Notes under the pieces: model-generated
What the model was told of the DNA's origin: nothing
The model's database searches: none
The model's input: only the letters and a program-made list of their open reading frames with translations
Program-made: the position numbers and the translations under genes
Shown: piece by piece, positions 54,570 to 64,000 of the stretch
How the letters are laid out: each line of letters begins with the position of its first letter
Numbering within the stretch: position 1 is the stretch's first letter
Assembly: GCA_964035545.1 (NCBI GenBank)
Contig: OZ037765.1
Coordinates: forward strand, 27,589,504-27,653,503
Source of the DNA: Bugula neritina
Lineage: Eukaryota > Animalia > Bryozoa
Reading direction: 5' to 3'
Length of the DNA stretch: 64,000 nt

Positions 54570-55505
54570 CTATCTGCCAAAACTCATATTATCATTATTT
54601 GGTAAGGTAGTAAGTAAATTTCTCACTCTGCACAAAATAATTTCATTTGAACTAGAACAGTTTTCAGGAAAATATGGAGGTTCAATTGTAACAGTTCCAT
54701 TAGCTATAGTGAGAGTGTCTGCTGATTTAGTGACAGGTATTCTATTAGCACCAAACCACCGACATACTGCATCTCTTCGTTCAGCTATTTGGGATGCACT
54801 CAAATCAATCTACAATAAGAACAGAAATTCACATATAAAATTTTTTTTTCAAAAATTGGTATAACTTGGCTCAATTTACTATATTATACATTTACATTTT
54901 GATAAAAATTCAATACAGCTTTTGATAACAAAATTTAGGGCATACACTCAACATTATATGTACCTCATGTGTTTTCCCATATTGCGATATTATATCTAGA
55001 ACCCAACTAGGACATTCCTCGTCAAAGACATTTACATCAGTAACCGAGGTATTATTTACAATAACCACATTCATTTTATGTGTATCTTCATCATTTGAAC
55101 AGGAAAACAATACCCAGCTGTGAGTCACTGGGTCAATAGTGTAAACATATCCTTCATAACTAACACCTTCACTTGTTGAAAGAATGACCTACAATAACCA
55201 CATTAGCAGTGAAACCATGCATGCAAAAAGAAAAACACATTACAAAAACATCATCATACCAAGGAAATTAGCAAATTATTTAAATGGTGCAGCACAAAAT
55301 GGTTCAACTCCTAATTCAGAATTGAATAAAAACAAAAGTAAATATTCAGAAAATAATTCAGTTGTATGTTACCATACATCTTCCACAAGACAAACCAACT
55401 CACTCTTTTATTTACATAGTTCCACAGTTTATGTGGATCTGTCTTAAAAACTGGGTGCAAATCTTTCTCTTCTTGTGCAACGTTTATACCATATGTAGAT
55501 GTCAT
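54570..55505 (-). CDS. GEMIN6: Gem-associated protein 6 (SMN complex, Sm-like fold); 3 exons, 188 aa
   Basis: Exons 55505-55404, 55188-54964, 54809-54570 (GT-AG, phase 0/0). DPHKLWNYVNKRV..YEGYVYTIDPVTHSWVL and TIEPPYFPENCSSSNEIILCRVRNLL match Gemin6 (human ..TIDPPYGPENCSSSNEIILSRVQDLI, recalled). AATAAA (-) at 54557-54552. Confidence 0.93.
55407..55412 (-). terminator. Candidate MED9 poly(A) signal AATAAA embedded in GEMIN6 exon 1 (Asn-Lys codons)
   Basis: The minus strand reads GTA AAT AAA AGA|GTGAGTTGGTTTGTCTTGTGG, about 100 nt after the MED9 stop, followed by GU/U-rich sequence. Confidence 0.5.
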
Positions 55506-55509
55506 ATTT

Positions 55510-56464
55510 CTAGCTGTTAAATGTGCAGAGTTTTCTGTATTTGACTAACAAATCTGATTTTAGAGCAATCTGCTTCTTTGTATAAGTTTCAAGTTTCTGT
55601 TGTTCCTCTGGACACAAAGATATTCCTGGATATGAATTAACTTGAGATTTAGCTTGATCCAACTGGTGCTTGAAGTCTTTAATTTTTTGAGTAATATCCT
55701 GACCTTCTTCAATTCTACAACATATGGCTATAGTGATGATAAAATATTTAATACAATGTAGTTTTTTATTTACAAATGATGATACGATATAAGTATATAC
55801 ATAACTATAGAGCATATTCAAATTTGCCCAAGATTAAAAAAATGAACAAGGTCAAATGAAAACATTCACACACCATATACACTTGCTATTATTTTACTAT
55901 TTGCTATTATAATTTTAATAAATGTATGATAATCATTATCATTATGGTATTAATAATCAGTATGGGTATCATAATAATGATAATTTACATAATATTTATC
56001 CTATTCATAATGATAATGATAATAATAATCTAAAAGTAAATCATAAAGTGATAATCACATTAATCATTATGATTATTGACATTAAGTTTAAGTTTATGAT
56101 AATCATAATGACTTTAAGTTTAAGTTTATGTTAATGATATTGATAATCATAATGACTTGTTTAATGAAGTGATAATCGTTATCTCTTAGTGTTAGTGCTA
56201 TTCATGATCATAAAATCACATTCACATGATTCAGTTTCACAGACCATGAGCCTGAGCCCTGAGGCATGATGATGATGATGATGATGATAATCATAATCTG
56301 AAGAGTGAAAATCAAATTGACTAAAATTTCAATTTAATAATTTAGAACTTGTTGTATATACAAATTAAACAACAAACAACACAAAATTAATAGACTAAAA
56401 GCACGCACCCTTTTAATATGTTATAAACTTTGGGAAGGAACTGGAAAACTTCAGAGTCGGCCAT
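55510..56464 (-). CDS. MED9: Mediator of RNA polymerase II transcription subunit 9; 2 exons, 86 aa
   Basis: Exon 1 56464-56409 (MADSEVFQFLPKVYNILK, GG|GTGCGT, phase 2) and exon 2 55714-55510 (IEEGQDITQKIKDFKHQLDQAKSQVNSYPGISLCPEEQQKLETYTKKQIALKSDLLVKYRKLCTFNS*). FLP, PGIxxxPEEQ and KxxLLxKY motifs of Med9. Confidence 0.9.
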
Positions 56465-56478
56465 TACTGGAATTGTTC

Positions 56479-56636
56479 TATAAGCAGCTCCGAGTTGGGG
56501 GTGAAGGACGATTTTGGTGTAGGGCTCTCACGCTGAACTGAAACTATAGTCATAGTTCAATGGGCTCTCACGCATAAGTTGGAGACTTAAATCAATACTG
56601 AAATCGTTTTTCACCCCCAACTCGGAGCTGCTTATA
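56479..56636. mobile_element. 158-bp palindromic MITE-like element 14 nt upstream of the MED9 ATG
   Basis: Perfect 27-bp inverted repeat tataagcagctccgagttgggggtgaa / ttcacccccaactcggagctgcttata, extendable with mismatches; TA at both ends; internal direct repeat gggctctcacgc twice. Confidence 0.75.
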
Positions 56637-57372
56637 AACTATTTTTAAATCAATGCGTTAATTCAAGCAGAGTTATCTTCTTAGCCAAAAAAGATAACTC
56701 GAAAAATGAAGTTTAAGAAATTGTTGAAAACGTTTTTGAAACTACACTGCGCCCCAATTCTTCGGCATTTGTAACTTTCTAGCATTTTGTTGAGATTACA
56801 GAATAGCTGAGCCTAGCAACTTATATTGAAAATGCAAAGCTCTACAAATAAAATCACAAATATGGCTTAAATATGGGAAGGATGTACTTGATGCATTTTA
56901 TCAATTTCTCATGACAGTTGAGGCATATTGATATATTTTTAACAGGTGCAGCTAGATAACAGAGCAAAACATAACACCAGTTCAGACATAAAAAGATTAG
57001 TTAGGCTTGCCACAGTTTGCTAAATAGAACTTAGTACAGCTTTGATTACTACTTTATCAATTATAATAAGCTGCAAGGTGCTGATTTCAATAAGCATCAC
57101 ATTAAAAAAAACATACTTTTACAGTTGATGCTTTTATTTGATGATACATTACAACTAGACAAATAGCAGTCTAAAGAATTTTTATGAACAGATGCCATTA
57201 TAAGCTGAATAAAAAGTGATTAAATTTCAATAGTACACCATGAACAATCAGCAAAATGTCATTTCTAATTATAGCTAAGAAAACCTGTCAGTAGTTTCCT
57301 AGATCCACAAAAACTGTCTGGAACATTTACACAATTAAATGCTTGCTAATAAATAGTCAAAAAATAACATTT

Positions 57373-60300
57373 CTATAGGCTAGTTGACTGATGGGACATG
57401 TCAGGAGTACTAGTTGTAGAGGCAGCGACAGCAAAGGAAGTGGACAAGTTGCAAGCAGCGGAAGAGTCAAAACTTTGGGAAATTGTAGCGTCACCAGACA
57501 GCATTTCACCTTCAATTATAGTCTCATCAACTTCCTGGGCTCCAGTAATGATGTTAGAAAGCACACTGCTATCAAAAACATTGGAATCAACAGACATGTC
57601 ATCATCGTTCTCTGAATAGTCACTATAAAAATCTTCTCTTGTATCACCATTGTTTGAAAGCGAGTTTAAATATGGTTTAGAGGCAATATGTCGGTAATCC
57701 TTGGGCGTAGTCCATTTTATTGCCGAATGCTCCTGAAATGAGGAAACATATTTGCTTAGGTATTGTGAGTAATAACATAAAGGCATCAGAACAATAACAA
57801 AAATGCTAGCACTGGAAACTTACTGTAGTGAGATGTTTATGAATGGCTGATGCATATCTAGTCTCGTATGTGCACTCTGTGCAGCGATATACGTAGTTAT
57901 TATGTATGAGGTCTACGTGTCTCTTTCGCTGTTTCTTATTTTGAAAAACTAAGTCACACCAAATACATCTAAAATATGAGTTGGATTCAAATAATACATA
58001 AAATATGTCTGTTAAAAAGGTATGATTAACTCACAACATAAAGTATCGTGCAAAAAATTCAATTAAAAGTACAGATACATTTGGGAAACGCATATTAGTA
58101 AACAAAATGAAGAGCAGATATTTGATAGAGATGACAGAAGCAGATACATTAGAATAACCAACTACTAACGGGAACTCCTTATTCATGTGTTTAGCTCTAA
58201 GGTGAGTTGATAGAGCAGAACTAGTGTAGAACTCTGCATCACAGCTAGGACAGGCAAACTGACGTTCTTCAGTGTGAGTAACCAAGTGAGCATTTAGACC
58301 AGCAGCTGACTAAAATACGCAAATGAATAATTTTACACAAATATAGTAGGTGAAGTTAAAAAGAATTGTTGGTTCATGTACATACAGTTCTTACAGCTGG
58401 TAGAAATATAAAGCAATAAATGTATCGAGATACGCCAAATGGCAAAAGATGTAAAGGAAATATAAATTTTCATCACCATTTTCATATAGACAAATATGAA
58501 AATGCTTAAAATAATGTGAAAATAGTAGAAACGATAATTCTCAGAACGAAGGCTGTTCAATGTGGATAAAAGCTAAAAAAGGGGCTAAAAAGTTCCTTAG
58601 AAACCATGACATGGCTTTAGGAGCTGGGGAATTAAATGTATTCAGAAACCTTCTTGCATGAACATTTACTAAAAGACTAATGAAAATAGAAAACAATAAA
58701 CCGTGATGTCTAAAACAGAGCACGGCAAGCATTTATAATATGAATAAGATTTTGTAGACAACTCACCAAGTAGCACTTGTTGCACTTGCTACACTTATGA
58801 GCTGATTTGCCCTGGTCGTGATTCACGAAAACATGTGAATCTAAACTTTTTTGACTACAAAATACAATTCTATTACTAAGTTTATAGAATAATAGAGAAA
58901 AACTGTAGTTCAATTTTGTTATTATTCATATCAATATATAATCACAAAGCAAGGAATTAACCTGTAGAAATCCTTGCCACACTCCGTACAAGGAAAGACT
59001 TGCGGCTTCACCCCTTGAGCCAGAGCCTCATTCCTGATATGTGTGACTGTGTTTTTGTGCTTATTCAGCAACTTCAGCGTTTTGTAAGAAATCTTACAAG
59101 CTTCACACCTATACTTGTCATCGGCATCTGCAAAAGTTGCTTTGTATACAAATCAAAAATCATCAACCTAAACAGCGGTAGCAGCACAATTTAATGTGAA
59201 TGTTGGTGGGAGAAAAAGTTTTCACTACTGCAAATGCTAGAAATACTACATCATGCAAGTATAATAATTCTATAGACACCAGGATTATGTCTACCACTTA
59301 CCAGATGCAATTGCAACACCAGATTTAAAGCGTTTAGAAGCACTAGGGAGTTCTCCCTCGAATGGTTCATCAGCCACATGACGATAATCCTTAGGCTTTG
59401 TCCATTCTATCTCTGGGTGGTACTAAACATGAGTAGCAACATTAACAACTTACAGAACCAAAATCATTTAATAAATGTCCTATCTAAAAGTGAAAATACT
59501 TCACACAAATAAATTCATGCTCTAGATGTTTACGACTACTGCTGCTTGCATCAACTTTCCATTTAATTAAGCAAAAGCAGAGTGTTTACCATTTTGATGT
59601 GGGTTTTCATAGAATCACCATTTCGATGATTGTAGCTGCAATATTTGCATCTGTATATGAAATTGTGGTGGTACAAACTGTAATGCTTTGACCTGATCTT
59701 TCTGTTGTTGAATTCCACACCACAGTAGATACATCTAAAATATTGACAAAGAAAATTAACATCTCACACATTTCTTCACAAAATTACAATTTACTATTTT
59801 AGAACAAATATAAAACAGATAACAAGGACAGTACAGCATAGATACTTGTTATATAAACATTTATATATTTATGCACCTTTCTCAAATTATACAACGGAGT
59901 AAGAGAAATTAAAATTGTATTTTGAGCTTGTAGAGTCCTACCTTTCAACTATATTGTATATTCCTAAATCTGCTAAAAGTACTAAACAATTTGTAAACAG
60001 CTGGTAGTTTTTTAAATTGATCATAAAACTCGGACAATAATAATTATTTTGGAATGATGGCTGCTATGAGTGAGCAACAAAATCAAATTCAGGTTTGTTT
60101 ATAAACTTGTACATACGGAAAGATCCTGTTGTTTGAATGAACAACATCATTATGATCTCTTAAACCTGCCATATTCTTAAAATCCCTGTGGCATATCTCA
60201 CAAGAGTAATAACGTTGAGATGTGTGTGAAGCCATGTGTGTCTTGTATCCGCCAATTGTCTATAAAAAGAGTATACTTCTACCATTGAACAAATCATATA

Positions 60301-62958
60301 CAATGAAGGAATAAATTAAAACCCGAGGAGCTACCTAAAAATTGTTGCTCAAATAACTAAGTAATTTATAAAGCTTATAACAAAGAACTACAAATATTAC
60401 ATAAATTATTAATGCTATTAGTTCCTGTGTGAGAAGGTACCATAAAAACGTATACACCAACTGCTAGATTTATCACTCACCTTCAACCTCTTGCCACAGG
60501 TTTTACACTCATATTCTTGTTCATGATATCCTTCTTGGTGCACCCTTGAGTGATGCTCCAATTTCTCTTTGCTGAAATAAACCACACCTGACTAAAGCTA
60601 AATATACGCACAGCTACGTAGCATAAACTACTGTCTGCAACTAATCAAATATGTGGAGCTCAAGTTGCTGCTGACCTGATAAAATTCCTACCACAAACGT
60701 CACACGAGATAGGCTCACAAGTGGTGCCAGATTTGTTAGCAAAAGCTTGTATATGTGACGTCTTCAACAAGTGTTTCTTCCAGTTGGTCTCGCCCATCAC
60801 AGTTTCATCACAGGCGTCACAGTAATGAGGTGTCTTGAACGATCGACCACCGCCATCCTTACTTTTTTGAGACACTGCACAGAAGAGAGGTCCTAGGTGA
60901 GCAGGCATAGCCATAATGATAAATTATTAGTATTACAATCAATTGTATAACATGCGACTACAGCTACAAGATCAGAAGGTAGAACATGCCTGTTGAAGAT
61001 TTGATGGTTGCATTGTGTACACTATCAATTGCTGCATTAAACTTCATCTTTTCAATCTCAATGTCCGGGTTTAGATTAGCTATGTCTGCCATGGGTTCAC
61101 CTCTGCAACAGGAGAGATTATATAAGTTATTTTGACGACTACTGATCTTTCTTGTATCATATAATAACGCAGTTTCTCATCACATACTTTGTAGAATCAG
61201 CACAAGTATCGCAGTAAATCCTGCTGGCACTCCGAGACTCGGGATTCCGTGGAATGAAGTCTTTTCCGCAGCAATCACAAACCTATAGAAAGTAGTTACA
61301 GGAATGTATTGAAAATATCAACTCTGTTGGAGCATATGTGCACAACAGCTGGACTTGAGCAGTAACGTGCAACAATGTGCGGACACAGCACTAGAACATG
61401 ACCAATATGTACACCACATATACTGTACATAATATACTCACAATTATCATTTCATGATCTTCATAAACATGCATGGCACATTCAGTAGCGTTGCTATACT
61501 TCTCGTGACACACTTTACACGTGACTTTAGCTCTAGCAGAGTAATAATGAGTAGACATGTGGTTCTAAAATATTAAATACCAAGTAAATTTGTAGCTATA
61601 AATAGAACAATACAAAAAATACAAGACAGATTCCATATAATGCATGTTTGTAAATAAACCTACATTGAGTTTATATGGCCTTGTGAAATGCTTCTTACAG
61701 ACAGGACACTGGTGTCTTTGTACACAGAGATGAAATTTCAACATCTCTAAGTTGACAACTTCTCGCTTACAAAACCGGCAGCAGCAGCGTTCATCTAAAA
61801 GTATATAAATATAGAAAAAATTTTAAAATACACCAACATCAAATACAATACTAATTTAAAAATGATATTATATAAAACAAAACTTTGAACTATTGTAGGG
61901 CTGAAAGCAGCATCAAACTGGTAATAAATAATGAAAGTAATGACCTTGATGAGAAACAGTTAGATGCAACTTATAAGACTTGAGATTCTTCAAGATCAGT
62001 CGACAGTATATGCAGATCCACTTGCTATTCTCTGGCCACTTGCGATCTCCCTGTTTGCGGACTGTTTGTGCGGCCGGGTTGCTGAACTCTACACCCTCCG
62101 GCAGGTACAGCTTCGGCTCTCTAGGATTTTGCACATTCTTCTTGCTTTTATTGATGTACTGTTTCGAACTCGATGGTTCAAACACATAGACTGCTTTGGA
62201 ATTTGGTTGGTCATTAGCAACAGCAGTTAATGCACGCTCCAGCATAACAATCGGTTGCAATTCCGTTTCCTACAGATGAATAAAAGCAAAATCCACAGTT
62301 ATAAAAAAATTAAGATAAACTTACAACAGAATGCATTTATAAGCAAGTCACTTACAGAAGCATAGCATTATCTAATTATTTTATTAAAATATAAATAAAA
62401 TACTTACATCTCCCACGACCTCTTCATACATATCTTGGTCTTCTTCATGACTGCTATAGGCATGATTGGAGATATCAGACTCAAGATCACAATACAAACG
62501 CTTCCCGCCAATCTGTCTAGAAACAGGTGTTTCTTGCGAGGAGGCTGGCACCCTAATGATAACAGCAACCTCATGTTACAATCTTCTAACTAGAGCAGCA
62601 AATTTAGCATTTGAGATTTCATTATTTATACATATAACATAAAAATATAAAGAATTATATTCAACAAAGTTGCATATACTCACCTAAGCACTCTTATGTC
62701 CGAGGCATCTAATAGAGAGGTACCGTCAACCAATAACTCTTTGGAAGTTGGCAAAGAGCCTACATTCAACTGATTCACTTCATTTATATTCTTTATTGAT
62801 ACTATCAACTTATTCACAGTCACCAGAGGTTCATCAAACTTCACGGCCACAGAAACATGGCCAACATCCAGATATTGCTTTATGTTGTTCAGTAATACTA
62901 ACACTTGAACTTGGTCAGCAGCATCAAGTTTGTCCACAAACAGCTTAATAATACTAGC
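57373..62958 (-). CDS. Multi-C2H2 zinc-finger protein (about 16-17 fingers, acidic Ser-rich tail); about 17 exons, start codon upstream and not found
   Basis: Spliced exons give CIYC..H..H, CRFC, CPVC, CKVC, CDAC, CDVC, CKTC, CEIC, CIYC, CKYC, CEAC, CTEC, CSKC, CPSC, CIWC and CTEC fingers. The last exon is 57732-57373; the first visible exon starts at 62958 after TTTTTTTTAG. Confidence 0.85.
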
Positions 62959-63091
62959 CTAAAAAAAATCAGCTATCACACAATTTGAGACTTAGTCTTA
63001 TGCAGTTATACTACTACTAATAATAATAATTAGTATAACTGCATACTCAAATTAAGAGTAAAAAACAGAAACCATAGATGATACTTTTAAC

Positions 63092-63537
63092 GAATCCACG
63101 ACTATGCGAAAAGAACAATTGGAAAACACTTATTTGGAAAACGGTCAATTCACCAATAAACAACTGGAAAATAGACAATTAGAAAATAGACATTTGGAAA
63201 ATGACATTTGGAAAATTAAGAATATTCAACATAGACTAGTCTGGAGGGGGCGTTTAGAATCTGCTCAGGTCCAAAATAGCTTTTTAAAAAATAAATAAAA
63301 AATTTGAATCAGTTAGACCTATCATGGAAGTAGAATTAGTTACCGAATAGTTTCAATTTTAAATTGCACATGTTTACAAAAAGTGCTGAATGTCCCCTCC
63401 AGACTAGTCCATGTTGAATATTCTTAATTTTTCAAATGTCCATTTTCTAATTGTCTATTTTCCAGTTGGCTATTGATGAATGGTCTGTTTGCCAAATAAG
63501 CGTTTTACAATTGTCATTTTCGAAACTTCGTGTCACC
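63092..63537. mobile_element. Foldback/MITE element with ~150-bp inverted arms built of GGAAAA/ACAATT subrepeats
   Basis: Left arm ..aattaagaatattcaacatagactagtctggagggg pairs with right arm cccctccagactagtccatgttgaatattcttaatt..; flanks cttttaac / attttaaa (6 of 8). Confidence 0.85.
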
Positions 63538-63679
63538 ATTTTAAACGGACCAAAGAAAGGCCAGAGTCATCAGGCTCTGGCTGTTACTGTAAAACTAAAT
63601 CAAAATGTGAGACTGGGTACAATTTTAACTCAAAAGTAGAAACTGAAGAAATAGCAAGACTAAGGTCAAGGGAATAGAT

Positions 63680-64000
63680 AATAGTAATAGGCTACTAACA
63701 TTATCATTACTACTATAAATTAATAGCAATGGCCTAATGGTTATTAGTAATGACTATAAGTATAACTATAAGTATAAGTATTAGGACAACTAATACTATA
63801 AGTATAATTTATTAATTATAACTATAACCTATTAACTACATGTATAACTATAAGTATAAGTATAATTTGAAGTAGAAGTAACTTGTAATACTAATAGTAA
63901 TACCAAGTCTACTAGTACTAACAAGTAATACTAATAGCTAATAACTATAACTATAAGTATAACTACTAGTACTAGACACTAGTACTACTACCAGTAACTG
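63680..64000. repeat. TAA/TAG/CTA low-complexity tract upstream of the first visible zinc-finger exon
   Basis: Directly visible degenerate ACTATA/AGTATA/ACTAGT units. Confidence 0.8.

Noticed and set aside
54570-55188. LSM12 call for the Sm-like gene
   Set aside because: It shares the IxPPY motif, but TIDPVT and ENCSSSNEIIL fit Gemin6 much better.
63104-63677. QLENR-repeat ORF and neighbouring ORFs
   Set aside because: Translations of the foldback element's subrepeats; no transposase motifs.

Overview
AT-rich, intron-dense metazoan (invertebrate-type) genomic DNA, not prokaryotic; the species cannot be determined from the sequence alone. I reconstructed eight spliced protein-coding genes by hand from splice sites and reading-frame phase. 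In order: the 5' part of a SID-1/SIDT family gene (-, runs off the left edge), TP53RK/Bud32 kinase (+), a DLG5 MAGUK scaffold (-, 5' end unresolved), a FAM167-like gene (+), Spindly/SPDL1 (-, 13 exons, ends in CaaX CPTQ), GEMIN6 (-), MED9 (-), and a large C2H2 zinc-finger gene with an internally duplicated six-finger module (-, start not found). Also present are several MITE/foldback elements, a tRNA-derived SINE with a 10-bp target-site duplication (TSD), mini/microsatellites, and stop-codon-rich low-complexity tracts near gene 5' ends. The most striking observation is the MED9-GEMIN6 junction, where the MED9 stop codon is only 4 nt from the GEMIN6 ATG (TAG AAAT ATG). The AG of that stop codon could act as an in-frame splice acceptor for MED9 exon 1, and an AATAAA sits in the last codons of GEMIN6 exon 1. 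This points to one transcription unit producing two unrelated complex subunits by dicistronic translation, alternative splicing/polyadenylation, or trans-splicing. Homology calls come from recalled family sequences, not database searches.
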